The notes beneath the pieces were generated by a model, which searched no databases, was not told where the DNA came from, and saw only the letters and a list, made by a program, of their open reading frames with translations. Position numbers and translations under genes: made by a program. A DNA stretch of 64,000 bases from an uncultured Gemmatimonadota bacterium (lineage in GTDB: Bacteria; GCA-2686955), in assembly GCA_964490075.1 (NCBI GenBank), contig CAZBBK010000026.1:1-64000 (forward strand), given 5' to 3'. Positions 23,333 through 33,536 of the stretch are shown here, piece by piece (position 1 is the first letter of the stretch; each line of letters opens with the position of its first letter).

Positions 23333-23703
23333 GGAGGTCCTCTGTGGGCCGTTCCTAGGCCGGGGCAGGCTCGGCGTGGTTGGGCTGCGACCGGGGCGAT
23401 GCGGCGGCGCTCCGCGCGAGCCATGAGGGGCCGCGCTGGATGCCTCCACGGCACGAGACTCGGTGCTCGCGCCGTCCCCCGGTACGTTGTCCCCCGATGT
23501 CGCATCGGGCAGTCGAATGAGCATAACCGCTGTCCGCCTTGATGGACAGGGCGGTCTGCTGGCCTGTGCGTCCCGATCGAACCGGGCTTCCGGATGGGGG
23601 CGGAGACGCAAATCGAGCACGCTCTACCCCTCTCCGGGCCATCCTGAAGCGAGGCTGGAGCCGAAGTGCTTGGGCTCCGGCGTCGACACCAGAGGAGAGT
23701 CCG

Positions 23704-23870
23704 ATGTGGCGGAGAAGTGGACTCGGAATCGTCGTGCTCTTGCTCGCGGCAAGCGCCCCGGGCGCGACCCTCCGCGTGCCCGCCGATCATCCCACCATCC
23801 AGGGGGCGATCGATGCGGCGCAGGATGGAGATCGGGTGCTGATCTCTTCCGGCACCTACACCGAGTGCTC
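23704..23870 (+). pseudogene. N-terminal fragment of a beta-helix protein (paralog of 4823-6154)
   Basis: RBS AGGAG, signal peptide and ATLRVPADHPTIQGAIDAAQDGDRVLISSGTYTE, after which the similarity ends abruptly. Confidence 0.7.
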
Positions 23871-24241
23871 GTCTTTCGGCGCAACGAGATCGACGGAAGC
23901 CGGACCGCCGAGCCCGTCGACCTGGAGCGGGTGCGCAACTTCCTCGACGAGTTCATGCTGGGCGAAGTGTGGTTCAACCAGGAGGAAAGCGGCCTCGTGG
24001 CGAAGAGGACGGAGCGCAAGAAGTGATTCGAGTTCTGGTGGTGGGGGACGGCCCAAGGGATTGGGCGATGCTGCCGCGCCTGGTCGAGACGATCCTGGCG
24101 GTGGACGGTAAGAAGCCGGTTGTCGACGCTGAATCACGGCAGTGGATGCGTTGGCACGGCGGCGGCCGTGGCTACGCCCGCAAGCTCTACTTCGCAATCC
24201 TGCAAGCGATCGATGCCGAGCTCGCGGGGCTGGAGAGCTAA
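23868..24241 (+). pseudogene. Remnant of an AAA_21/OLD-type ATPase C-terminus plus a truncated TOPRIM-like (DUF4276/RloB-like) gene
   Basis: LVFRRNEIDGSRT..VRNFLDEFMLGEVWF resembles the ATPase tail (stop 24026). An overlapping GTG at 24023 gives IRVLVVGDGPRDWAMLPRLVETIL, only 72 aa. Confidence 0.5.
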
Positions 24242-24347
24242 CCAGCTGGTCCGCCCCGTTACCGGCCACGCGACACTGTCGCCCCAGCAGCCCGCCGCGC
24301 ACAACCCGCGCCCGCCACCGCGGACACGGGTCGGCACCCGCGGGCCG

Positions 24348-25931
24348 CTAGCGACAGCTTTCGCCCGCGCAATGCGACAGTTGCTCCAGGCGGGCGGCGT
24401 AGCGGTCGACCAGGTTGCGGTAGCGCATCCGGCCGCCCAGGGTGGAGAGCAGGTTCTCGAGCTGGTAGGGATCGTCGGCCAGGTCGTAGAGCTCGCGGTA
24501 GTGCAGTCCGAAGTGTTCCTCGCCGTCGTACCACTCGATGAAGGTGTGGGTACCGTTGCGCAGCGCCCGGTAGGTCGGAATGTCGCTGCCCAGGGTGCGG
24601 TACCAGAACCACGAAGGCAGATCCGCCCCGATGCCGTTGGCCGCGCCGGCGCTCTTGTACTGCACGATGAAGTCGCTCCGCCAGTCCTCCTCCTCGGTCT
24701 CGGGATGTAGCAGCGAGCGCAGCGAGCGTCCATCGACGTCCTCGGGGACCGCGACTCCGGCCAGCTCCAGGAAGGTCGGTGCCAGATCGATGCTCAGCGC
24801 CATCTCGGATGCGACTCCGCCCGGCTCCACCCGCGGGCCGGCCACCACCAGGGGCACGCGAATCGACTCCTCGTAGGGCGCCATCTTGTGCAGCAGTCGG
24901 TGCGCCCCGTTGTTGTAGCCGTTGTCGGAGGTCAGGAAGATGTAGGTGTGCTCGAGCTCTCCCAGATCCTCGAGAGTGCTCACCACCGACTCGATCATCT
25001 CGTCGACCGCGTAGAGCGAGCCCATGCGCAGCCTGAAGTCGGTGTCGGTCCAGCGCACACGCAGCCGTGCGCTGCGCTTCGGGCCTGAGATACGCAGCCA
25101 GGGCGGCTTGTCGGAGAGATCCTCCTCGAAGTAGTTGGGCGGCTTCGGAAGTTGATCCCGCCACTGCTCTGCCTGCTCGCCGTGGCGTCGGGCGGGCGGA
25201 ATCGGAAGGTGCGGCGCGGTCGGCGCCAGGTAGACGAAGAAGGGCCGGTCGTCGTCCTGCTCGGCGCGTTCCAGGAAGTCGATCGTCTTACGGGTCAGCA
25301 CGTCGGTCTGGTAGTCGTGCTCGCGCAAGCCGTAGCGCACCATGCGCGAGGGGCCCTCCCCGGTGAGCTCGTGCAGCACGTAGCCGTAGCCGGTGTAGAG
25401 CAGGTTGTCGACGCCCACGCACCATTCCGACCAGCCCGGGGGAATGTGGTCCTTGGCGTGCTCCAGGCCGTTCATGTACTTGCCGAGCATGATCGTGCGG
25501 TAGCCGGCAGCCTCCAGGTGCACGGCGAAGGTGTGCTCTTCGTTGTCGAGCCGCTCGCCGAAACGGTCGCGCATGGGGTTGCCCGCTTCGTCGAGGGGTT
25601 GCACGAAGGCGCCCCAACCTCCGTAGTCGCCGCCGTTGGTGAATACACCGTTGTTGTGCGGGTACTTGCCGGTGAGGAGCCCGGCCCGGGAGGGGCAGCA
25701 GATCGGCGCGGGCGCGAAGGACCGGTCGAAGACCAGGCCGCGCTCGGCGAGAAGCTGCTCGGTCCGGGTGAGCACCTCCCAGTACGGCGTGGTGGTCTGG
25801 TCGAGATCGTCGAGCAGGATCAAGACGATGTTCGGCTGGCCTCCGGGCACGTCCGCGAGCGCGGAGCCGGTGGGAAGAGCGATGCCGGCGAAGACCAGCG
25901 CGACGAGAAGGGTGAGTGCGCGGCGGATCAT
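24348..25931 (-). CDS. Secreted Cys-type sulfatase (GlcNAc-6-sulfatase-like)
   Basis: PNIVLILLDD, CCPSR (CxPxR formylglycine motif), GKYMN, APHLP, SDNGY, YEESIRVP and ELYDLADDPYQLENL. Confidence 0.93.
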   Translation of the reverse strand: MIRRALTLLVALVFAGIALPTGSALADVPGGQPNIVLILLDDLDQTTTPYWEVLTRTEQLLAERGLVFDRSFAPAPICCPSRAGLLTGKYPHNNGVFTNGGDYGGWGAFVQPLDEAGNPMRDRFGERLDNEEHTFAVHLEAAGYRTIMLGKYMNGLEHAKDHIPPGWSEWCVGVDNLLYTGYGYVLHELTGEGPSRMVRYGLREHDYQTDVLTRKTIDFLERAEQDDDRPFFVYLAPTAPHLPIPPARRHGEQAEQWRDQLPKPPNYFEEDLSDKPPWLRISGPKRSARLRVRWTDTDFRLRMGSLYAVDEMIESVVSTLEDLGELEHTYIFLTSDNGYNNGAHRLLHKMAPYEESIRVPLVVAGPRVEPGGVASEMALSIDLAPTFLELAGVAVPEDVDGRSLRSLLHPETEEEDWRSDFIVQYKSAGAANGIGADLPSWFWYRTLGSDIPTYRALRNGTHTFIEWYDGEEHFGLHYRELYDLADDPYQLENLLSTLGGRMRYRNLVDRYAARLEQLSHCAGESCR

Positions 25932-25964
25932 CACTTGCCTTTCGTTGGGGGGGGAAGGATGGCG

Positions 25965-26012
25965 TTGAACGATCTTCAATAGGCAACCTAACACGCATTG
26001 AACATGATTCAA
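25965..26012. promoter_or_regulatory. Two TTGAA-N5-TTCAA operators upstream of the sulfatase
   Basis: TTGAACGATCTTCAA (25965-25979) and TTGAACATGATTCAA (25998-26012). Confidence 0.7.
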
Positions 26013-26050
26013 TTAGAAAAATCGCGGCTGTGGAATTCAGGAAGGGACGA

Positions 26051-26713
26051 TCAGGGCGACCGGTCGGAGGTGCCGGGCGAAGGCCCTTGAAAGAGCGGAC
26101 CGATCAGGGGCGCGAAAGCCGGTGGCAGCACGCCGAGGGTGTGGAGCTGAACCGCCAGGCAAGTCGCCGCGCTGCCGATCAGAAGCTGGCGATCGATGTC
26201 GGCGTGGTCCACCCAGTCGACGCAGACCGCCTCCAGGTAGCCGATCCAGCCGCGCAGCGCGAGCCGCAGAGCGGGCGGCGGGGGGCCTTCGAGGCCGATG
26301 CGGCCCACCACTCCGCTCAACAGGCGCTCGTGCATCTGATCGCGGATCGCGGCGATCTCCGGGTCGGTTGCCCGTCCGCCCTGTACCAGCACCTTGAAGG
26401 CGTCGGGGTTGTGCTCGACGTGGTCCAGCATGCCGTTCATGACATCCAGGAAGCGCTCGATTCCGGGCGGTCGCGGGTCGAGAACGGCGGAGTCGTGGAG
26501 CTGCTGGGCGAGATCACGCAGGGTCTCCAGGTAGAAGCCGCGCTTTCCGGCGAAGTAGTGGTAGAGCAGTCCCACCGACACGCCGGCCCGCTCGGCGATT
26601 TGCTCCACGGAGAGCTGGTCGTAGGGGATCTCGGCGAAAAGCTGCCTGCCGACCTCCAAGAGCTGGGCGCGTCGCTCTTCGACCTCCATGCGGGTTCGTC
26701 CTGCTTCGCTCAT
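26051..26713 (-). CDS. TetR/AcrR-family regulator
   Basis: ERRAQLLEVGRQLF..SVEQIAERAGVSVGLLYHYFAGK HTH. Confidence 0.93.
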   Translation of the reverse strand: MSEAGRTRMEVEERRAQLLEVGRQLFAEIPYDQLSVEQIAERAGVSVGLLYHYFAGKRGFYLETLRDLAQQLHDSAVLDPRPPGIERFLDVMNGMLDHVEHNPDAFKVLVQGGRATDPEIAAIRDQMHERLLSGVVGRIGLEGPPPPALRLALRGWIGYLEAVCVDWVDHADIDRQLLIGSAATCLAVQLHTLGVLPPAFAPLIGPLFQGPSPGTSDRSP

Positions 26714-26752
26714 CGGTCCGCGCCTCTTGGTTTCCGGCCAGACATCCCCCAT

Positions 26753-26769
26753 GTTGAATCCCATTCAAC
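26753..26769. promoter_or_regulatory. TTGAA-N5-TTCAA operator between tetR and the divergent lyase gene
   Basis: GTTGAATCCCATTCAAC, the same palindrome as the two sites upstream of the sulfatase. Confidence 0.7.
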
Positions 26770-26810
26770 GGTGCCACGCCGTACCTCTTTCGGCAAGTCT
26801 GGATTCCACC

Positions 26811-28988
26811 ATGCGCAACAAGCTCCTGAACCGAACCGCGACCTGTCTCGTGGCCTCGCTCCTCCTGGCGGGCGCAGCGCCCGCCGAGGCACCGGACTGG
26901 GCCGGCGCTCTCCGCGGCGATCATCCGCGCCTCTTCTTCAACCGAGAGACCTGGCCGGCGCTGCGAGCGGCCGCCGAGGGCGAGGCTCGCGAGGCCTGGA
27001 ACTGGGTGCGCAGGCGCGCTGATCTGGCGGCGACGCGGATCGCGCGGCAGCCCGGCGAGACGCCCCTCGTCGAGGATCTGGGCGAGGCGGCGGCGCACTG
27101 CGCCTTCGCCTACCGGATGACCGGCGAGCGCCGCTACCTGGTGGCGGCAAGGCAGTGCCTGGACTCGAGCCTCGCCTACTACGAGCTCTGCCTGCGGGAG
27201 CGCCGCGCGGTGAGCTGGTACTGCGTCTCGAGAGTCCACTTCGTGATGGCCTGGGATTGGCTCTACGAGGGGCTCGAAGCGCCTCATCGCCGCGACCTGA
27301 TGGGGCGTTTCATCGATGTCGTGGATGCCGTGGTAGAGGCCATGCCGAAGATCCCGGGCGAAAACTACTCGGGTCCGATCGGCGGTTTCTATGGCGTGCG
27401 AAACTGTCTCTGGTACATCGCCTGCACCGCGTTCGGCACCGGCGTTCGAGTCGACCGGGTGGACCACTGGCTGGCGCGCGGTCGCGGCGCCAACTTCGAG
27501 CTCCTGAACGACCGCGCCAAGACCTGCGGAGATGACGGCGGCACCGCATCGGCGTCCACCAACTATGGATTCGGCGCCTATCCATGGGCTCCCAACAACT
27601 TCTTCTACACCTGGCGCAGCGCCACCGGAGAGGACCTGGCTCCGCGCTGGCCGAATCTGGCGCTCTTCGCCAACTACGTCGCCTGGAACTGGATCGAGTC
27701 CGCCGACGGCCGGCCTTTCGAATTCGGCGTCGGCGACACCTACCATCGAACCAACCGCCTGCGGATCAACCGTCTCTACTCGCATCTGGCCAACCTGCGG
27801 CATTTCTATCGCGACATCGATCCGCGCTCGACCGAGCTGGCGCGGCGCGTGCAAGACAGGCTCCCCGATCGCAAGCACGACACCACCTGGTTCATCCACG
27901 CCTTCTTGAATTCCGCCGGCGAAGCCCCGGTGCTCGAGCTGCCGACGGCACCCGCGGCGCGCCACTTCGAAGCGATGGGGCAGGTGATCATGCGTTCCGG
28001 GAGCGGATCCGACGACACCTACTGCGTGCTCAACGCGGGCGGAATCACCAGCGCCCACCACCAATACGACGCCCTGAGCTTCGTCATCTACCGCGGCGGC
28101 CACCAGGCCCTCGACACTGGAACCCGTTGGCCGCAAGAGAGCAACGGCTGCCACCTGGCGCAATACTACGCCCAGACCGTAGCCCACAACAGTCCGCTGA
28201 TCCACATGGAGAACGAGCCGGCGGCGCGCTACTGGGGATGGCTGAACGACGCCGGCCATGGCCGGCAGCGTGATCAGCGTTGCTACGGAGGACAGCGGTC
28301 GGTGGCGGGATCTTCGGTCGAAGCGTTCGAAACCAGCACGGCCTTCACCTATGTCGCGGCCGATGGAAGCGGCTGCTACCACCCGGAAAAGTGTCGCCTG
28401 GCGACCCGGCAAATGGTGTTCGTGCCACCCGATCATTTCGTAGTTTTCGACCGGGTCGAATCGGTCGCACCGGAGCAGAAGAAGGTCTGGCTGCTGCATC
28501 CCGCGCGCCGCCCGGAGATCGAGGGAGCGACGCTGCGCTCCACGCGCGGCACGGGGCGGCTTTTCTGCCGCACGCTGCTGCCCGCCGAGCCGGAGATCGT
28601 CGTCGTGGGCGGGCCCGGGAGCGAGTTTCGCACCGGCGACATCAACTGGGCGCTCGACCGATCGCCACGGGGCAAGAAGGCGGGGCTGACACCCGAGCAG
28701 CTCCGGGAGATCGGTGAGTGGCGCGTCGAGGTATCGGGGCGGGAGCCCCGAGTGCGGCAGCTCTTCCTGCACCTGATCGAGGTTGGGCCCGGCGCGCGGG
28801 AGTCGATGGTCGAGACCGAGCTGCTCCGAGACGGCAACGCGGTGGGGCTGGCGTTCCGTGCCGGCGGCCGCTCCCACCGCTTCTGGTTCGACACCGAGGG
28901 GGCGCTCGGCGGCGCGGTGGAGATCGAGGGGCAGCCCTTCTCGCGGCGCCCCCTGGCGACCACGGTGCAGCCTCAGGCCGGGATCTAG
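26811..28988 (+). CDS. Heparinase II/III-family polysaccharide lyase
   Basis: Signal peptide, HPRLFF, GQVIMRSG, HHQYDALSFVIY, QTVAHN, FVVFDRV and WLLH. Confidence 0.85.
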   Translation: MRNKLLNRTATCLVASLLLAGAAPAEAPDWAGALRGDHPRLFFNRETWPALRAAAEGEAREAWNWVRRRADLAATRIARQPGETPLVEDLGEAAAHCAFAYRMTGERRYLVAARQCLDSSLAYYELCLRERRAVSWYCVSRVHFVMAWDWLYEGLEAPHRRDLMGRFIDVVDAVVEAMPKIPGENYSGPIGGFYGVRNCLWYIACTAFGTGVRVDRVDHWLARGRGANFELLNDRAKTCGDDGGTASASTNYGFGAYPWAPNNFFYTWRSATGEDLAPRWPNLALFANYVAWNWIESADGRPFEFGVGDTYHRTNRLRINRLYSHLANLRHFYRDIDPRSTELARRVQDRLPDRKHDTTWFIHAFLNSAGEAPVLELPTAPAARHFEAMGQVIMRSGSGSDDTYCVLNAGGITSAHHQYDALSFVIYRGGHQALDTGTRWPQESNGCHLAQYYAQTVAHNSPLIHMENEPAARYWGWLNDAGHGRQRDQRCYGGQRSVAGSSVEAFETSTAFTYVAADGSGCYHPEKCRLATRQMVFVPPDHFVVFDRVESVAPEQKKVWLLHPARRPEIEGATLRSTRGTGRLFCRTLLPAEPEIVVVGGPGSEFRTGDINWALDRSPRGKKAGLTPEQLREIGEWRVEVSGREPRVRQLFLHLIEVGPGARESMVETELLRDGNAVGLAFRAGGRSHRFWFDTEGALGGAVEIEGQPFSRRPLATTVQPQAGI

Positions 28989-29099
28989 CCGACGCGCGCC
29001 GCACCGCGCGGCATATGATGAACCCCGCGATCCGAGACGGCGCGCTTCCACCGGGCGGGTGACCGCCGGCTCACGCTTTCCCAGCTTCCACGGAGACCG

Positions 29100-31304
29100 A
29101 TGGGGAGCGCTACGGATACCAGCAGGGAAGCCAGCGCGGGGCGCCTCGGCATCCGCGGCTTCATCGGTCGCCCCCTGCCGGTGCTGCGAGGGCTTCGGCG
29201 CGCCGATCTCTGGCCCGACCTGCAGGCCGGCATGACGGTGGCCGCGGTGCTGATTCCCCAGGGCATCGCCTATGCGGCCATCGCCGAGCTGCCGCCTCAG
29301 GTCGGCATCTACACGGCGGTCGTGGCGGCGATCGTCGGCTCGCTCTGGGGATCGTCGCCGCTGCTGGCGACCGGACCGACCAACGCCACCTCGCTGCTCA
29401 CCCTGGCGGTGCTGATGCCGATCTTCGCGGTCGGCTCGGCCGAGTTCGTGGTGGCCGCCGCGGCCCTGGCGCTGCTCGCCGGAGTGGTGCGCATCGTCTT
29501 GTCGCTGGCACGTTTCGGCGCCCTGGTCACGATCGCCTCACGCTCGGTGCTGCTCGGCTTCACCCTCGGGGCCGGCGTGCTGATCGCCACCGGCCAGCTG
29601 CGCCACCTGCTGAATCTGCGCATCGAGGCGACGCCGGTCTTCCATCACAATTTGATGGCGATCGCGTCGGGCCTCGGCGCGACCCACACGCCCAGCCTGG
29701 CCGTCGGCTTCGGCACTTTGATCCTGCTGCTCCTGTTGCGCCGCCTCGGCCCGCGTCTGCCGGCCGCCCTGCTCGCCCTGATGGCGGCGGCGGCCGCGGT
29801 GGCGATCCTCGATCTCGACAGCGCCGGGGTGCAGGTAGTCGGCGACATCCCTCGCTCCTTGCCCCCCTTCAGCCTGGCCCCGCTCGCCATGCTCGGCGAC
29901 CTGGAGCTGGTCGGGCAGCTGATCATCGGCGCCACCGCCGTCGCCGCGCTCGGCCTGGTCGAGGCGATCGCCATCGCCCAGACCATCGCCCGCAGCGCGG
30001 GGCATCGGATCGACAACGACCAGGAGATCTTCGGGCAGGGGATCGCGAATCTGGCGGTGGGACTGTTCTCGGGCTACCCCTGCTCCGGCTCCTTCACCCG
30101 CTCGGCCCTGGCTCACCAGGTCGGCGGTCGCAGCCACCTGGCCGGGATCTCGACCGGGCTGGTGGTGCTGGTCGCGGCGCTCGCCCTGGCGCCCTACGCC
30201 CGCTTCATTCCCCGCGCCGGCCTGGCCGGGATCATCCTGGTGGTCGCCTACCAGATGGTCGACCGCTGGTCGATCCGGCGCGTGATGCACGCCTCGCGCA
30301 CCGAGACCTTGATTCTCTGGGCGACCTTCCTCTCGACGCTGACCCTGCCGCTGGAGTTCGCGGTGCTGGCCGGAGTGATGCTCTCGCTGGCGATCTTCGT
30401 CATTCAGTCGAGCCTGCCGGGCGTCTACCCGGTGGTGCCCGACGCCAACTACCGGCACTTCGAAGATGCCGCGGGGCGCCCCACCTGCCCACAGCTCGGC
30501 GTGATGAGCATTCGCGGGCCGCTCTTCTTCGGCGCGGTCTACCACGTGGAGCAGCAGCTGCGACACAATTTGGAGGAGAACCCGGGTCAGAACACGTTGC
30601 TCTTGCGCATGCACGGCGTCGACCTGTGCGACATCTCCGGCGTGGAGATGCTCGAGGCCACGCTCGACAGCTACCGCGGCCACGGCGGCGACGTGTACAT
30701 GGTGCGGCCGCGCGAACAAGTGCTGCGAATCTGGAAGCAGTCCGACTTCCTGGAGACACTCGGAGAGGATCACATTTTGCCGCAGGAAGGGGCGATCGAG
30801 CATCTCTTCGACCACGTGGTCGACCCGATGGTCTGCATCTACGAATGCGAGCATCGGGTGTTCGCCGAGTGCCAGGCGCTCGAGAAGCACCCCTATCCGG
30901 TCGAGCTGGCCCCCGCTCTCACCCACTGCGTCGAAGCCCATCGCGGCGTCGACGTGGAGCGCGCCCGCGAGCTGATCGACGCCGGCCAGGCCCTGATCCT
31001 CGACGTCCGCGAGCCCGAGGAGTTCGAGCGCGGCCATCTGCCGGCGGCGCGGCTGCTGCCCCTGCGCCTGCTGCTCGACCAGGCCGGGGTGCTGCCCCGC
31101 CGCCGCACGATTCTCCTGGTGTGCCGCTCCGGGCGCCGCTCGCTGCGCGCCCTGCACATGCTGCGTGGCCTCGGCTTCGAGAGCCTGCACAACCTCGAGG
31201 GTGGCATCTTGTCGTGGCGCGCGGAGGGACTGCCGGTGGGGATGGGGCACGCGCGCGAGGCGCGGCTGGGGAGTGGGGGAGGCGGAAGGGCGCGGGCGGA
31301 GTAG
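29100..31304 (+). CDS. SulP anion transporter with STAS and rhodanese domains
   Basis: DLQAGMTVAAVLIPQGIAYA, GPTNA, GSFTRSA, STAS motif GPLFFG, and rhodanese DVREPEEF..CRSGRRS. Confidence 0.93.
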   Translation: MGSATDTSREASAGRLGIRGFIGRPLPVLRGLRRADLWPDLQAGMTVAAVLIPQGIAYAAIAELPPQVGIYTAVVAAIVGSLWGSSPLLATGPTNATSLLTLAVLMPIFAVGSAEFVVAAAALALLAGVVRIVLSLARFGALVTIASRSVLLGFTLGAGVLIATGQLRHLLNLRIEATPVFHHNLMAIASGLGATHTPSLAVGFGTLILLLLLRRLGPRLPAALLALMAAAAAVAILDLDSAGVQVVGDIPRSLPPFSLAPLAMLGDLELVGQLIIGATAVAALGLVEAIAIAQTIARSAGHRIDNDQEIFGQGIANLAVGLFSGYPCSGSFTRSALAHQVGGRSHLAGISTGLVVLVAALALAPYARFIPRAGLAGIILVVAYQMVDRWSIRRVMHASRTETLILWATFLSTLTLPLEFAVLAGVMLSLAIFVIQSSLPGVYPVVPDANYRHFEDAAGRPTCPQLGVMSIRGPLFFGAVYHVEQQLRHNLEENPGQNTLLLRMHGVDLCDISGVEMLEATLDSYRGHGGDVYMVRPREQVLRIWKQSDFLETLGEDHILPQEGAIEHLFDHVVDPMVCIYECEHRVFAECQALEKHPYPVELAPALTHCVEAHRGVDVERARELIDAGQALILDVREPEEFERGHLPAARLLPLRLLLDQAGVLPRRRTILLVCRSGRRSLRALHMLRGLGFESLHNLEGGILSWRAEGLPVGMGHAREARLGSGGGGRARAE

Positions 31305-31397
31305 TCCGCGGGAGGAGCGACAGGGGGGCGAGATACTGGGACTCGCCCGCGCCGGTCGCGGTCCGCGCGGCGCCCCGAAGAGTAAGGGCGGGTTAGG

Positions 31398-32591
31398 ATG
31401 GATCCACACACCGCTTCCCACCCATGGTTCCGGAGTCGACGAATGTCTCTTCTCCCCGCCACCGCCTCCCTCCTCCTCGCCCCCTGCTTCGCCGGAGTCG
31501 GAGCCGAAGCCCCCGCCCCGGCCCCCTGGGTGGGATCCGATCTGCACGCCTTCGTGGAGAACAAGATGGCCAGCGCCCACGTCCCGGGGCTCGGGGTGGG
31601 AATCGTCCAGGCAGAACGCATCGCTTTTTTGCACGGCTACGGCAGCGCCCACGCCGACACCGAGGAGCCGATCTCGCCCAACACCGCCTTCATGCTGGCC
31701 TCGATTTCCAAGACGGTGACCGCGGTGGCGGTGATGCAGCTGGTCGAGCTAGACCTGCTCGATCTCGATCGCGACGTCAACGACTATCTGTCCTTTCCGG
31801 TCGCCAATCCCGCCGCGCCCGACGATCCGATCAGCACGCGAATGTTGCTGGCGCACGTGTCGAGCATCGAGGACAACTGGTCGGTTCTGAGCGATCTCTA
31901 CGTGGAAGGCGACTCGCCGATTCCGTTGGGGGTGTTCCTCGAGGAGTACCTGGTGCCGGGCGGCGCCTACTACACCGACGGCAGCTACCACGGCGCGCCG
32001 CCGCTGACCCGCACCAGCTATTCCAACGTCGCAGTGTCGCTGGCCGGTTACCTCGTTGAAGCGGTGACCGGCGTCGATTTCGCCGATTACTGCGCCGTCC
32101 ATATCTTCGAAGCGCTGCGCATCGACCCTTGCGACTGGCACCTGGCCGGGCTCGGAGGCGTTCCCCTCGCCTCCCCCCACACCTTCAACCGCATCACCCG
32201 CCGCTACAAAGCGATCGCTCACTACGGCTATCCGGACTATCCGGACGGCCAGCTGCGCACTTCGGCGCGCGGCCTGGCGCGCTTCATGGCCGCGCTCCTG
32301 GGCGACGGCAGCTTCGCCGGCGCGAGGATTCTCGATGCCGCGACGGTGGCGGAGATGGAACGTGTGCAGTATCCGGCGCTGGACAGCACGCAGGGACTGG
32401 TGCTTTACCACGAGGACGGACGCATCGGGCACAACGGCGGTGACACCGGGGTGGCGACACTGATGTTCTATGACCCCCAGGCCGGCACCGGCGCGCTGGT
32501 GCTCGGCAACGGTTCCGCGAGCCTGCCCTGGGAGTGGGGGGCGCTGGAGGATGTGCTCGATCGGCTCTTCGAGGAGGCCGATGGTTTGTAA
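31398..32591 (+). CDS. Serine hydrolase (beta-lactamase class C-like)
   Basis: SISK (SxxK), YSN and HNG motifs. Signal peptide; the start may be 31443. Confidence 0.9.
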   Translation: MDPHTASHPWFRSRRMSLLPATASLLLAPCFAGVGAEAPAPAPWVGSDLHAFVENKMASAHVPGLGVGIVQAERIAFLHGYGSAHADTEEPISPNTAFMLASISKTVTAVAVMQLVELDLLDLDRDVNDYLSFPVANPAAPDDPISTRMLLAHVSSIEDNWSVLSDLYVEGDSPIPLGVFLEEYLVPGGAYYTDGSYHGAPPLTRTSYSNVAVSLAGYLVEAVTGVDFADYCAVHIFEALRIDPCDWHLAGLGGVPLASPHTFNRITRRYKAIAHYGYPDYPDGQLRTSARGLARFMAALLGDGSFAGARILDAATVAEMERVQYPALDSTQGLVLYHEDGRIGHNGGDTGVATLMFYDPQAGTGALVLGNGSASLPWEWGALEDVLDRLFEEADGL

Positions 32592-32621
32592 AAGCCCGGT
32601 CCCAATCTGGAGATCCAGAAC

Positions 32622-33536
32622 ATGTACCTCTGCATCCTTCTCGCCGGCGCCACTCTGAGCATCACCGCGCTCTCGCCCGTCCACAAAGAGGCCAAGCACA
32701 TCCCCTACGTGGGGGATCGTATGCTCTTCGTCTGGAGCGGCAACATCGCCGGCGACGACGTGGAGACCGAGCGTCTGCTGCGCTTCGCCCGCACCCGGCG
32801 CATCGACCGCATCGCCATCGGTGCCTACGACGTCGGCTACGACAATCCCGGCGGCGTCGAGAACTACACCGATTTCGTCAGCCGCGCCCACGCTCTGGGG
32901 ATCGAGGTGCTCGCGCTGGGAGGCTACGGTTGGTTCACGGTGCCCTGCGACGGCTGGATACCGGGCCAGGACACCTGCTGGGACGAAGGCTGGAACTACT
33001 ACGAGACGATCGCCCTCTCGGGAGTCCCCTTCGACGGGATCTTCGACGACTCCGAGCCCTACTCGGCCAACAGCGACGATTTCTGGGCCCGGGTCGAAGA
33101 ACGATCGCAGAACTACGTCGACTACTTGCGCGGCGTGGACACGCGGATCGGGACGCTGCCCTTTCATCACGCCATCCCCTTCTGGTACGACGAGAACCCC
33201 GATCTGATGCTGGCCATCGACGGCGAGACCGATCCCCATCCGCTCAACTGGTACGTCGCCCGCATCGTCGACATCCCCTCGATCATGGCCTACCGCGACC
33301 ACGCCGAGGCGCCCGACGGAATCCTCGACCACACGGCCGGCGAGATCGAGATGCACCCGGTGGTGATCGGCGTCGAGACCGCCGACGTGAGCCCGCCCAA
33401 GATCACCTTCTGGGACGAGGGCGCCTCGGTCATGGAGCGCGAGCTCGAAGAGGTCTACGCCGCCTACGGCCAGCATCCGAACTTCCGCGGGTTCTTCGTC
33501 CATCACTACGGTTCTTATCTTGATCTCGCGCCCTAG
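32622..33536 (+). CDS. Secreted hypothetical protein (possible TIM-barrel hydrolase)
   Basis: Signal peptide, RBS GGAG, FDGIFDDSEPY, IMAYRD and GFFVHHY. Confidence 0.7.
   Translation: MYLCILLAGATLSITALSPVHKEAKHIPYVGDRMLFVWSGNIAGDDVETERLLRFARTRRIDRIAIGAYDVGYDNPGGVENYTDFVSRAHALGIEVLALGGYGWFTVPCDGWIPGQDTCWDEGWNYYETIALSGVPFDGIFDDSEPYSANSDDFWARVEERSQNYVDYLRGVDTRIGTLPFHHAIPFWYDENPDLMLAIDGETDPHPLNWYVARIVDIPSIMAYRDHAEAPDGILDHTAGEIEMHPVVIGVETADVSPPKITFWDEGASVMERELEEVYAAYGQHPNFRGFFVHHYGSYLDLAP

Noticed and set aside
14357-24300. Integrative element at tRNA-Glu
   Set aside because: No integrase, and I found no duplicated tRNA 3' end (att site) by eye.
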